From the NCBI GenBank assembly GCA_964035545.1, contig OZ037768.1, positions 23,035,319 to 23,099,318 of the forward strand: a stretch of DNA of 64,000 bases. Reading direction: 5' to 3'. This DNA comes from Bugula neritina (Eukaryota > Animalia > Bryozoa). Under the pieces are notes generated by a model. The model saw only the letters and a list, made by a program, of their open reading frames with translations. It was not told where the DNA came from and ran no database searches. The position numbers were made by a program, and so were the translations under genes. Positions 27,701-42,700 of this stretch are shown piece after piece; position 1 is the first letter of the stretch, and each line of letters opens with the position of its first letter.

Positions 27701-30700
27701 AAAGACCCTCTTTCCAATAAAAACATAAATCAACCATAAGAAGAAACAATCTAGTTATAGTTAGCATTCAGGATGGAAAAGACTCAATCACAAAGGCACA
27801 AGAATAAAGTTATATATTCAGCATACACAGCTTGTGGCCAATCAAAACAAACAGCATAAGAAGAAACAAATTGACTCCAAACATACACATGCACCAGCTT
27901 TAAAGAGATTATAAAAATATTTTTGAGGGGGAGAAAATAGAAGTGTAAATTAGCTAGGTGTCTAAAGTGAAGGACGTGAACAGTGGACATGAAATTCCTT
28001 GTATCTAAGCAAATGTGGCACAAAATCATTTCAACTTTTTAGAAATAAAACTTAAATTTTCATAGAAAAGTCAAATTAACACCAAATTTAATCAATACCA
28101 AGTCCTGTAGAGTAGATGGCATTTCTCCAGGAACCACCACATTTCTCATCAGCATTTCCAGTACAATCCATATTACACTCAGTAACAGGTTTCTCTCCGT
28201 GTTTACCGTAATCATTACCACAGAAACAAGTTCTGGCAAATTGTAGACCAAAATACTTGAACCCTGAAATATCAACAGAAACGTGTAGAAAAATCAACCA
28301 AATTATAATAAAAACAAGTTGAATCTTGTAAAACTTATAAACTCACCTTTTCCTTTACATAACTTGGTACACTCTTCAATACTGTTAGTACTGGCAAGAA
28401 CATTTCTATCCTCTAAATCTCTGTCACCAGAATCCTCAAAACATCCCATAAACTGGACACCACTAGGCTCTGGTTCTACACAGGGAATTTCAGTTTAGTT
28501 AAGTAATGGTTTATTTAAGTATAAAGTTTTATAAGCAAATCTGATGTATTTGCATGATGGCGGTGAATGAAGGATTATTTGGAGTTATCTCCTGTTTTAA
28601 AAACAAAATAAACTTGAAAGTAAAAAACCACTAGAGTTTGCAGTTAATTCAAATCAATGTAATTCAAGCATTACTCTTATATCATGTGTGGTAATATCTA
28701 AATATCTATCATTTATGTATTTACATGAAACGCCAAACACTGCAAATCTTATGGTGTAGTTTGATAATTAGTTGAATGATGTACCATTGTAGGGGACACA
28801 ACTTTTAAAATAATTGTAGAAGGAATACGCGAAATGGTTTTTTTCACATCATATAAAGTATGTATGTATGCTCATCATATAAAAAGATAAACTAACTGAG
28901 TCCTGTAGAGTAGACGCTGTTTCTCCATCCACCACCACAGTTCTTTGTATCATCTCCAGTACATTTCTTATTACAATCACTTTCACTCATCTTACCATAT
29001 TTATTATACGTATCACCACAGAAACACTGATTACCATTCTGTACTCCAGCATACTTGAATCCTGAAACAACACAGTTACTATCAGTTTACAGAAACTCAC
29101 TCGTAATCAGTAACTGACAGGATGAGTTCAACTACTCGCAGCACTCATAACACTGATGGGAGACACACCTTGTTCAGTACACTTGGCTACACAGTTTGCT
29201 GGAGTATTACTCTGTAGTTGAGCTTGTTGATTAAGTATGTCTCTAGAAGACTCGTCTTTATAACATCCCAAATAGTTGAGGGTTTCTGCAACTAAAAATA
29301 GATATAAAAAATAAGCAAATTTCTCAATTGCATCAGATGCAAGTTGTTTGGTTTGGAAAAGTCAAATTTTTAAATTTCTAATTCGAAATTAGCAATTTAA
29401 AATGTCATTTTGAAAACAACAACAGAAATTTTCCAATGTGGTTTAGTAACTATACATAGTGTGATAGTAGATTTAGTTATAAGCATTAACGTATTAAATA
29501 ACACGTCAATAATTCAACCTTCTGTGTTTGACTTTCATTTGCTATACCAATAGCTTTTCTGTTTAGCACGAATGCATTAAAACAGCAAAATATAACCATT
29601 TTAATTGTGTTCCAATTATTATAGAGATGAAGAAGTTTTTGTATATTGACATATATGAGATTGCTAACCGTAATAAATACCTACAACGCTAGGTTTCATG
29701 AGGTGGTTAGAATGAAAACAAAAGTTGGGAAGACTTTGTTATAATTGGAAAATAACTACTAAAGAAATATTACTTTTTATGAGATGAGCAACTCACGCCT
29801 TTAAATTAAAACTCATTAAAACTTGGGCTGCTTAATTTTTTATTACACTTTCAGCTATCTCAATTTTAAAATGTCTTTTTTCTAAAGTGGATTTCTGAAT
29901 AATCACACATACAAGATATGTAACCTGGTGAAGTAGAAAAGTAACATTGTTGAATGTTAGAAGTTTTTCTCAAATTCCTCCAAGTATTTACTAACTGAGT
30001 ATTTTCTCAGATAATAAAAAATCAACATGAAATATACGCTTATTCATTTTAAGATGAAAATTAAAAACATCAGCTAAATGATGCTTTAGACTTGAGACAT
30101 ACCAAGTCCTGTAGAGTAGATGGCATTTCTCCAGGAACCACCACATTTCTCATCAGCATTTCCAGTACAATCCATATTACACTCAGTAACAGGTTTCTCT
30201 CCGTGTTTACCGTAATCATTACCACAGAAACAAGTTCTGGCAAATTGTAGACCAAAATACTTGAACCCTGAAATATCAACAGAAACGTGTAGAAAAATCA
30301 ACCAAATTATAATAAAAACAAGTTGAATCTTGTAAAACTTATAAACTCACCTTTTCCTTTACATAACTTGGTACACTCTTCAATACTGTTAGTACTGGCA
30401 AGAACATTTCTATCCTCTAAATCTCTGTCACCGGAATCCTCAAAACATCCCATAAACTGGACACCACTAGGTTCTGGTTCTACACAGAGAATAACAGGTC
30501 ATTCAAGCATATATTCCAATAGGAAATCTGATGTATTTTTCTGAATAAAAGCTTAATGTGAGTAACTTAATTTTAAACACAAAATAAAATTAAAAGTAAC
30601 TAACAACTAGATTGTCCAGTCGATTGAAACTAAAGTTATTCAGCATTACTAAAATATATGTGTGGCACTACTTAAACATCAATCATCTGATATCGATATT

Positions 30701-33700
30701 TATTGCACAGTTTAAATTTACATCAACGTCCAAATGCTGAAAATTGTATAAGGTGTCTCTTGATAACTAGTTCAAACAATGTACCATTGTGGGGAACACA
30801 ACTCTTAAATTAAATCAAATAGAAGAAATACGCGAACAGGTTTTATTAGACATTATATATAGTATATATGTATGCAGTTTATATAAAATAAACTAACTGA
30901 GTCCTGTAGAGTAGACGCTGTTTCTCCATCCACCACCACAGTTCTTTGTATCATCTCCAGTACATTTCTTATTACAATCACTTTCACTCATCTTACCATA
31001 TTTATTATACGTATCACCACAGAAACACTGATTACCATTCTGTACTCCAGCGTACTTGAATCCTGAAACAACACAGTTACTATCAGTTTACAGAAACTCA
31101 CTCATAATCAGTAACTGACAGGATGAGTTCAACTACTCGCAGCACTCATAACACTGATGGGAGACACACCTTGTTCAGTACACTTGGCTACACAGTTTGC
31201 TGGAGTATTACTCTGTAGTTGAGCTTGTTGATTAAGTATGTCTCTAGAAGACTCGTCTTTATAACATCCCAGATAGTTGAGAGTTTCTGCACCTGAAAAC
31301 AGGAGATTGAAATTGTTATATTCATGGAACTTTCTTGAAATCAATAAATGTAACCAGCGTAACATAACTATACAATACATTCGAGATTCTAATTGCATTG
31401 AAAAAAATTACAACACTGCATTCAATGAGAAATCAACATCAAATTAAAACTTTTTGATTCTGAACTGAAATATTCAGAACGAATACAGTTAAATTATATG
31501 TTATATGTCACAGATGTATCTGTAATTTACAAACTGTCAATATGTCATTTTACTTAACTTAGTACACACTTTATATCTCTAGGTTTTAGCTATCTGCATA
31601 GTTTAGCATTAAACTGATACAGATAGAGCTGAATAATCAAGGCTTGTTCTAATTTTGCTTGATTTCCTATGTTTTTTGTTTTTTAATTTGTTAGTAAATT
31701 TAAATGCGCAGATGGTGACTTCATGAAAATAATATTTATCACAACTCAACTACTATATTAGAATAGTTACAGTAACAACAAGATTTGGAAAAGCCTGTAT
31801 TATAGATGAGAAGTGTCAAAAAATAAATTATCTTTGAGAGTTTCAACTCGAAAACTAAATTAACAAAAATATTAATTAAACTCAGTCTGTTTAAATCTTT
31901 TATGTTACTACGTATACTTTTACATCAACTTGAAGATCAAAATGTTGTATAGTTACAAAGTTGGCATACCAAGTCCTGTAGAGTAGATGGAGTTTCTCCA
32001 GGAACCACCACATTTCTCATCAGCATTTCCAGTACATTCCATATTACACTCAGTAACAGGTTTCTCTCCGTGTTTACCGTAATCATTACCACAGAAACAA
32101 GTTCTGGCAAATTGTAGACCAAAATACTTGAACCCTGAAATATCAACACAAACATGTAGAAAAAACAACCAAATTATAATAAAAACAAGTTGAATCTTGT
32201 AAAACTTATAAACTTACCTTTTCCTTTACATAACTTGGTACACTCTTCAATACTGTTAGTACTGGCAAGAACATTTCTGTCCTCTAAATCTCTGTCACCA
32301 GAATCCTCAAAACATCCCATAAACTGGACACCACTAGGTTCTGGTTCTACACAGTGAATTACAGGTTATTCAAGTATAAAGTTTTATAGCAAATTCGATG
32401 TATTAATCCATGATAATAAATTGAAAATAAATTGGAATTATTTATTTTCTAGCAACAGCTGCAATTGAGCACACCACGAAATAATAACTAGAAGCAAAAA
32501 AACACTAGATTGTGGTTTCATTTCGAATAAAAATGATTCATACATCACTATTTGATGTGTGTGGTACTACCTTAATATTTTCATTCCATATTGATATTCA
32601 TTGCATAATTTGAATTCAGATATACACCGCAGTGCTGAAGGTACTATAATGTACTTCTTGATAAGTAGCTAAAATGATGTACCACTGTTGAGAACATAAC
32701 TCTTAATTGTAATGTAGGAAAAATACACATGTGAAAATGTTTTATTGTACATCATATGAAATAGGTATGTATGTATGTACATTATATAAAGTATGATATA
32801 TGATAAACTAACTGAGTCCTGTAGAGTAGACGCTGTTTCTCCATCCACCACCACAGTTCTTTGTATCATCTCCAGTACATTTCTTATTACAATCACTTTC
32901 ACTCATCTTACCATATTTATTATACGTATCACCACAGAAACACTGATTACCATTCTGTACTCCAGCATATTTGAATCCTGAAACAACACAGTTATTATCA
33001 GTTTACAGAAACTCACTCATAATCAGTAACTGACAGGATGAGTTCAACTACTCGCAGCACTCATAACACTCATAGGAGACACACCTTGTTCAGTACACTT
33101 GGCTACACAGTTTGCTGGAGTATTACTCTGTAGTTGAGCTTGTTGATTAAGTATGTCTCTAGAAGACTCGTCTTTATAACATCCCAGATAGTTGAGAGTT
33201 TCTGTACCTGAAAATTGAGATTAAATAAGCAAATCTCTGGATTGCACCCGATGCAAGCTGTTTGGTTTGGAAAAGTCAAATTTCCAAATTTCTAATTCGA
33301 AATTAGCAATTTAAAATGTCATTTTGAAAACAACAACGGAAATTTTTCAATGTGGTTTAGTAACTATACAAAGTATGATAGTAGATTTAGTTATAAGCAT
33401 TAACATATTAAATAACATGTCAATAATTCAACCTTCTGTGTTTGACTTTCATTTGCTATACCAATAGTTTTTCTGTTTAGCACGAATGCATTAAAACAGC
33501 AAAATATAACCATTTTAATTGTGTTCCAATTATTATAGAGATGAAGAAGTTTTTGTATATTGACATATATGAGATTGCTAACCGTAATAAATACCTACAA
33601 CGCTAGGTTTCATGAGGTGGTTAGAATGATAACAAAAATTGGGAAGACTTTGTTATAATTGGAAAATAACCACTAAATAAATATTACTTTTTATGAGTTG

Positions 33701-36700
33701 AGCAACTCACGCCTTTAAACTAAAACACATTAAAACTTGGGCTGCTTAATTTTTTATTACACTTTCAGCTATCTCAAATTTAAAATGTCTATTTTCTAAA
33801 GTGGATTTCTGAATAATCACACATACAAGATATGTAACCTGGTGAAGTAGAAAAGTAACATTGTTGAATGTTAGAAGTTTTTCTCAAATTCCTCCAAGTA
33901 TTTACTAACTGAGTATTTTCTCAGATAATAAAAAATCAACATGAAATATACGCTTATTCATTTTAAGATGAAAATTAAAAACATCAGCTAAATGATGCTT
34001 TAGACTTGAGACATACCAAGTCCTGTAGAGTAGATGGCATTTCTCCAGGAACCACCACATTTCTCATCAGCATTTCCAGTACATTCCATATTACACTCAG
34101 TAACAGGTTTCTCTCCGTGTTTACCGTAATCATTACCACAGAAACAAGTTCTGGCAAATTGTAGACCAAAATACTTGAACCCTGAAATATCAACACAAAC
34201 GTGTAGAAAAAACAACCAAATTATAATAAAAACAAGTTGAATCTTGTAAAACTTATAAAATTACCTTTTCCTTTACATAACTTGGTACACTCTTCAATAC
34301 TGTTAGTACTGGCAAGAACATTTCTATCCTCTAAATCTCTGTCACCGGAATCCTCAAAACATCCCATAAACTGGACACCACTAGGTTCTGGTTCTACACA
34401 GTTAATATAATAGTAAAATTAAATCTAAGTATAGTATAGTATTTAAGTATAAAGTTTTTTAGTAAATCTGATGTATTTTCTTGATAGTAATTTATAAAAG
34501 ATCAATCAAACTTTTCTTCTTTTTAAAACAAAAATAAAATTTGAAGTAACAAACCACTGGATTTTGCAGTCAATTCAAATAAACGCATTGTAAGCATCAC
34601 TATTGTATCACTACCTAAATATCTATCATCTATGTATTTACATAATTCACCTAGTGTTGAAAGTCTGATGTCGTTTGATAAATTGTTAAAATATGATGTA
34701 CCACTGTAGAGAACACAACTCTCAAATCAAATGAAGTAGAATAAACCGGTGAGATTAAACTTTTATTGCACATCATATAAAAATAAACTAACTGAGTCCC
34801 GTAGAGTAGACGCTGTTTCTCCATCCACCACCACAGTTCTTTGTATCATCTCTAGTACATTTCTTATTACAATCACTTTCACTCATCTTACCATATTTAT
34901 TATACGTATCACCACAGAAACACTGATTACCATTCTGTACTCCAGCATACTTGAATCCTGAAACAACACAGTTACTATCAGTTTACGGAAACTTACTCAT
35001 AATCAGTAACTGAGAGGATGAGTTCAACTACTCGCAGCACTCATAACACTCATAGGAGACACACCTTGTTCAGTACACTTGGCTACACAGTTTGCTGGAG
35101 TATTACTCTGTAGTTGAGTTTGTTGATTAAGTATGTCTCTAGAAGACTCGTCTTTATAACATCCCAGATAGTTGAGAGTTTCTGCAACTAAAAATTGAGA
35201 TACAATTGTGCGAATTTCTTCAAGTTTATGAAATGTCGAAACTGTTTGGATATTGAAAAGAAAGCTGGAACTACCTACAAACAGGAGATTGAAATTGTTA
35301 TATTCATAAAAGATATCTCATAAAATGATTCAAGGCGTGCTAGCATGCGCGAAAATTATATTTTCAACAGGACTATGAGAATGAATTTGCTGCAATCCTT
35401 GCAAATTGAACATGAGAAGAATGCCTTGCTTGTATTGGCACAATCATAAATAAGAAAAATTATGGATGTATTATGTTCTCTTCTAATGCACCCCAAAACT
35501 TTGACCACAAAATATAAGCTAGTTCAATTTTAGATAAAAATACATGGAAAAGTTGAACTAAGATAGAAATTCAGATGAAAATTTATAAAGCAAACAGCTA
35601 CATTATGCTTTAGAATAAAGACATACCAAGTCCTGTAGAGTAGATGGCATTTCTCCAGGAACCACCACATTTCTCATCAGCATTTCCAGTACATTCCATA
35701 TTACACTCAGTAACAGGTTTCTCTCCGTGTTTACCGTAATCATTACCACAGAAACAAGTTCTGGCAAATTGTAGACCAAAATACTTGAACCCTGAAATAT
35801 CAACACAAACGTGTAGAAAAATCAACCAAATTATAATAAAAACAAGTTGAATCTTGTAAAACTTATAAACTCACCTTTTCCTTTACATAACTTGGTACAC
35901 TCTTCAATACTGTTAGTACTGGCAAGAACATTTCTATCCTCTAAATCTCTGTCACCGGAATCCTCAAAACATCCCATAAACTGGACACCACTAGGTTCTG
36001 GTTCTACACAGAGAATAACAGGTCATTCAAGCATATATTCCAATAGGAAATCTGATGTATTTTTCTGAATAAAAGCTTAATGTGAGTAACTTAATTTTAA
36101 ACACAAAATAAAATTAAAAGTAACTAACAACTAGATTGTCCAGTCGATTGAAACTAAAGTTATTCAGCATTACTAAAATATATGTGTGGCACTACTTAAA
36201 CATCAATCATCTGATATCGATATTTATTGCACAGTTTAAATTTACATCAACGTCCAAATGCTGAAAATTGTATAAGGTGTCTCTTGATAACTAGTTCAAA
36301 CAATGTACCATTGTGGGGAACACAACTCTTAAATTAAATCAAATAGAAGAAATACGCGAACAGGTTTTATTAGACATTATATAAAGTATATATGTATGCA
36401 GTTTATATAAAATAAACTAACTGAGTCCTGTAGAGTAGACGCTGTTTCTCCATCCACCACCACAGTTCTTTGTATCATCTCCAGTACATTTCTTATTACA
36501 ATCACTTTCACTCATCTTACCATATTTATTATACGTATCACCACAGAAACACTGATTACCATTCTGTACTCCAGCGTACTTGAATCCTGAAACAACACAG
36601 TTACTATCAGTTTACAGAAACTCACTCGTAATCAGTAACTAACAGGATGAGTTCAACTACTCGCAGCACTCATAACACTGATAGGAGACACACCTTGTTC

Positions 36701-39700
36701 AGTACACTTGGCTACACAGTTTGCTGGAGTATTACTCTGTAGTTGAGCTTGTTGATTAAGTATGTCTCTAGAAGACTCGTCTTTATAACATCCCAGATAG
36801 TTGAGAGTCTCTGCAACTAAAAATTGACATCAAATAAGCAAATCTCTCACTTGTACCCCTATGCAAGCCGTTTGGTTTTGAAAAGTCAAATTTCCAAATT
36901 TCTAATTTGAAATTAACAATTTGAAATGTCATTTTGAAAACAACAACGGAAATTTTTTAAAGTGGTTTAGTAACTATACACAGTGTGATAGTAGATTTAG
37001 TTATAAGCATTAACATATTAAATAACACTTCAATAATTCAACCTTCCGTGTTTGACTTTCATTTGCTATATCAATAGTTTTTCTGTTTGGTACGAATGTA
37101 TTAAAACAATAAAATTTAACCATTTTAATTGTGTTCTGATTATCATAGAGATGAAGATTTTTTGTATATTGACATATATGAGATTGTTAACCGTAATAAA
37201 TACTTACAGCGCTAAGTTTCATGAGGTGGTTAGAATAATAACAAAGATTGGCGAAGCTTTTGTTATAAATAGAAAATAACTACTAAAGAAATATTACTTT
37301 TTATGAGATGAGCAACTCACACCTTTAAACTAAAAATCATTAAAACTTGGGCTGCCCAACTTTTTTGTACACTTTCAGCTATCTCAATCTTAAAATGTGT
37401 ATTTTTGAAAGTAAATTTTTGAATTTCTGAAGTAAAAAAGCAACATTGTTAAATGCTAGAAGTTTCTCTCAATTTCTTCCAAGTAGTTATTCACCAATTG
37501 AGTATTTTCTCAGATAATAAAAAATCAACATGAAATATTAGCCTATTCATTTAAAGATGAAAATTAAAAACAACAGCTAAATGATGCTTCAGGCTTAAAA
37601 CATACCAAGTCCTGTAGAGTAGATGGCATTTCTCCAGGAACCACCACATTTCTCATCAGCATTTCCAGTACATTCCATACTACACTCAGTAACAGGTTTC
37701 TCTCCGTGTTTACCGTAATCATTACCACAGAAACAAGTTCTGGCAAATTGTAGACCAAAATACTTGAACCCTGTAATATCAACAGAAACATGTAGAAAAA
37801 ACAACCAAATTATAATAAAAACAAATCGAATCTTGTAAAACTTATAAACTCACCTTTTCCTTTACATAACTTGGTACACTCTTCAATACTGTTAGTACTG
37901 GCAAGAACATTTCTATCCTCTAAATCTCTGTCACCAGAATCCTCAAAACATCCCATAAACTGGACACCACTAGGTTCTGGTTCTACACAGTAAATAATAG
38001 TAAAATTAAATCTAAGTATAGTATAGTATAGAATTTAAGTATAAAGTTTTATAGTAAATCTGATGTATTTTCTTGATAGTAATTTATAAAAGATCAATCA
38101 AACTTTTCTTCTTTTTAAAACAAAAATATAATTTGAAGTAACAAACCACTGGATTTTGCAGTCAATTCAAATAAATGCATTGTAAGCATCACTATTGTAT
38201 CACTACCTAAATATCTATCATCTATGTATTTACATAATTCACCAAATGTTGAAAGTCTGATGATGTCGTTTGATAAATTGTTAAATGGTGTACCACTGTA
38301 AAGAACACAACTCTCAAATTAAATGAAGTAGAATTAACAGGTGAGATTAAACTTTTATTGCACATCACATAAAGATAAACTAACTGAGTCCTGTAGAGTA
38401 GACGCTGTTTCTCCATCCACCACCACAGTTCTTTGTATCATCTCCAGTACATTTCTTATTACAATCACTTTCACTCATCTTACCATATTTATTATACGTA
38501 TCACCACAGAAACACTGATTACCATTCTGTACTCCAGCATACTTGAATCCTGAAACAACACACAACTCCAATTTAAATTGGAGCTTGCACATCTCAAACC
38601 TACTTACAAAATTACGACCACTTAGTGGATTAATATACCGATGTTCTGAATATCTCCCTCAAAAAATTTTACTTTTGATATATAATTCTTTCATCAATTC
38701 CAAGTTAAATTATTGTGCAGAGGCCTGGGGAAATGCAGCTAATACCCATCTAAACAAGATTTTTATTTTTCAAAAAAAGGTAATGCGTATCATGAACAAA
38801 AAACCGTTTGACCATCCATCAGCGCCTCTATTTACTAAGCATAAAGTTCTCTCAATATACCAGATTTACCGTTTTAAAGTGTTAAAGAAAGCTCATTCTT
38901 TTTTCTACTCTGACAATTTTTTTCCCACTCACTCTATCAATACACGTCAATCATTCATAAATCTCCCCCTTCCTCACTCTCAAACAGCAGCAGGTCACAG
39001 AAGAAACTGTTATCAGGAGGTGGCACTATGGAATGAACTGCCAATCCCTTTACGGTCAATTAGCAACCCTAATGAATTTGGGAGGAAGTTGAGGCTTTAT
39101 CTGTTAGAATAGTTGTATTTTTTTTGTATTTTTCTGGATAGAGTCGCTGTCAGCTCGTGTTGGCCCGCGCATGACTAGCTAGGCTATAGCGCAATGGGCC
39201 TCATCATCGCCTCCTTGGCATTTTCTAATGTCCTTGTGTTATTAAATACCTTTGATGAAATAAACCAAACAAACAAACAAACAAACTATCAGTTTACAGA
39301 AACTCACTCATAATCAGTAACTGACAGGATGAGTTCAACTACTCGCAGCACTCATAACACTCATAGGAGACACACCTTGTTCAGTACACTTGGCTACACA
39401 GTTTGCTGGAGTATTACTCTGTAGTTGAGCTTGTTGATTAAGTATGTCTCTAGAAGACTCGTCTTTATAACATCCCAGATAGTTGAGAGTTTCTACAGCT
39501 AAAAATATGAGATTGAAATCAATAAATGTAACCGGCGTAACATAATTATAACAACACATTCTCCTAATTGCATTGAAAAATACTACAATACTGTATCCAA
39601 AAGAAATCAACATCAAATTAAAACTTTTTGATTTTGAGCAAAAGATTTATTAACAAATATAGTCGTATGAAAACCTCAACAAACTATCGCTAAAAGTTCA

Positions 39701-42700
39701 CAATATTTATATTTAGCTTTAGTAACCGTAAACAGTGGTATGTCGAGTTATAATAATTTTGGTTCTTATTTTCCAAGTATATTATATCTTTTCAATAGTA
39801 TCATTATATTCATAATTTTATGCAGGCAATAACATAAATAATATAGTAAAATATTTCGCTATTTAATAATCTATATTTGACAGTCATTTGATTATTATTG
39901 TTTTTTATTCAGTAATTATGTATTTTCCCAACAAATTACCATTCTCATCTATTTTATAAGTGCAACTGTTATTTTTATATCAATAATAGTTAATTCCAAT
40001 TATTTGAAAATAACGAATATTACCTAATATTGAGATAAACACAGAAACAATTGAATTGAAAAGAATTTAAACAAAAACAGAAAAGAAGAAACTTTTTAGT
40101 GAGATTCTAAACCCACACCTAAAACCAAACTTCATCAGAGCAATTTTTGAGCTTGAGCCGTTCAAACTTTTCAATTACGACATCTATATAAATGTCAATT
40201 TTTAAATTGGATGTTTGAATAAACACAGAGTAAATATACCAAGTCCTGTAGAGTAGATGGCATTTCTCCAGGAACCACCACATTTCTCATCAGCATTTCC
40301 AGTACATTCCATATTACACTCAGTAACAGGTTTCTCTCCGTGTTTACCGTAATCATTACCACAGAAACAAGTTCTGGCAAATTGTAGACCAAAATACTTG
40401 AACCCTGAAATATCAACAGAAACATGTATAAGAATCAACCAAATTATAATAAAAAACAAGTTGAATCTTGTAAAACTTATAAACTTACCTTTCCCTTTAC
40501 ATAACTTGGTACACTCTTCAATACTGTTGGTACTGCGAAGAACATTTCTATCCTCTAAATCTCTGTCACCGGAATCCTCAAAACATCCCATAAACTGTAC
40601 ACCACTTGGTTCTGGTTCTACACAGTGAATGTGAGATTATTCAAGTATAGAATGTTTTTAGCAAATCTAATGTATTTGCATTATGTTGATGAATGAAAAA
40701 TCGGTCATTTATTTCCTTTTTTTTTAAACAAACCACAAAATTTTGCAGTCAATTCAAAAGTATGTATTTCAAGCATTATTCTTATATCACGTGTGGTACT
40801 ACTTAAATATATATCATCTACGTATTTACGTAAATAGCCCAACACTAAAAATCTTACAATTTAGTTTGCTAAGTAGTTGAATGATGTACTATTGTTGGGG
40901 ACACAACTCTTGAATTTCATGCAGTAAAAGAATCACAAGAAAAAAGCTTATTGAAGGTCAAATAAATGCACTAACTGAGTTCTGTAGAGTAGACGCTGTT
41001 TCTCCATCCACCACCACAGTTCTTTGTATCATCTCCAGTACATTTCTTATTACAATCACTTTCACTCATCTTACCATATTTATTATACGTATCACCACAG
41101 AAACACTGATTACCATTCTGTACTCCAGCATACTTGAATCCTGAAACAACATAGTTACTATCAGTTTACAGAAACTCACTCATAATCAGTAACAGGGAGG
41201 ATGAGTTCAACTACTCGCAGCACTCATAACACTGATAGGAGACACACCTTGTTCAGTACACTTGGCTACACAGTTTGCTGGAGTATTACTCTGTAGTTGA
41301 GCTTGTTGATTAAGTATGTCTCTAGAAGACTCGTCTTTATAACATCCCAGATAGTTGAGAGTTTCTGCACCTAAAACAGGAGATAGAAATTGTTTTATTC
41401 ATGGAACTTTATTTCATTAACTAATTAAAGTCATGCTAGTGTGCAAGAGAATTACTATCATTCTTTTACTTAGGACTATTGAAACAAATTTGTCGTAATT
41501 CTTGTAAATTGAACATGAAAAGAATGCCTTGCTTGTATCTGAACAAATATAAATCAAATTACTGTTGATGTTTTTATAATAAAAATTAATTTTTGGAAAC
41601 AATTTGTATAAATTCTATAATTCAAGAACTAAATAAATTTGAAATTGAAATTTTTATATTCATCGAAGTTAATTTCATTAAGTGACTAAAGCCACGCTAG
41701 TGTGCGAGATAATTACAATTATGCTTTCATTAAGGCTATTGAAAATCAAACATGAAAAAATGCTTTGCTGGTATCTGCACAAATATAAATAAAATTACTG
41801 TTGAGCTTCTGATAATACAAATTAATTATACCAAGAATATTAATTATTGAAAACAATTTGTGTTAATTCTATAATTCAAGAACTAAATAAATTTGAAAAA
41901 CCAAACAAAAAACTCATAAAAATGTTCATTGATGAACCAAGTTAAGCGAATCAATGCGAAGATTTTACGTTTGAAATTTCATGGAGCATTTATAACCAGA
42001 GCTATGTTGAAAAATTGGACTCTTTTGGTCAGCTACTTCATATATGACATTGTTAAACTATCGAAATAAGTTATTTAAATGAAAGAACTCTTAGGTTTAG
42101 ACATTTTAAAGAAGAATTATGGATGTATAATGTTCTGTTCTAATGCACTCCAAAACAATGACCTCAAAATATAAGCTAGTTCAATTTTAGATAAAAATTC
42201 ATGGAAAAAATTGAATTGAAAAAGAAATTCAGATGAAAATTTAAAAAGCAAACAGCTTGGTTACGCTTTAGATTAAAGACATACCAAGTCCTGTAGAGTA
42301 GATGGCATTTCTCCAGGAACCACCACATTTCTCATCACCATTTCCAGTACAATTCATATTACACTCAGTAACAGGTTTCTCTCCGTGTTTGCCGTAATCA
42401 TTACCACAGAAACAGGTTTTGGCAAATTGTAGACCAAAATACTTGAACCCTGAAATATTAACAGAAACGTGTAGAAAAAACAACCAAATTATAATAAAAA
42501 CAAGTTGAATCTTGTAAAACTTATAAAATCACCTTTTCCTTTACATAACTTGGTACACTCTTCAATACTGTTAGTACTGGCAAGAACATTTCTATCCTCT
42601 AAATCTCTGTCACCAGAATCCTCAAAACATCCCATAAACTGGACACCACTAGGTTCTGGTTCTACACAGGAAATAAAAACAAAATTAAATCGAAGGTTGA

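Noticed and set aside
29072-29117. 8-bp inverted repeat CAGTTACT/AGTAACTG in the conserved short A1-A2 intron
   Set aside because: Substitutions in three units break pairing without compensation; conversion tracts explain the intron's conservation.
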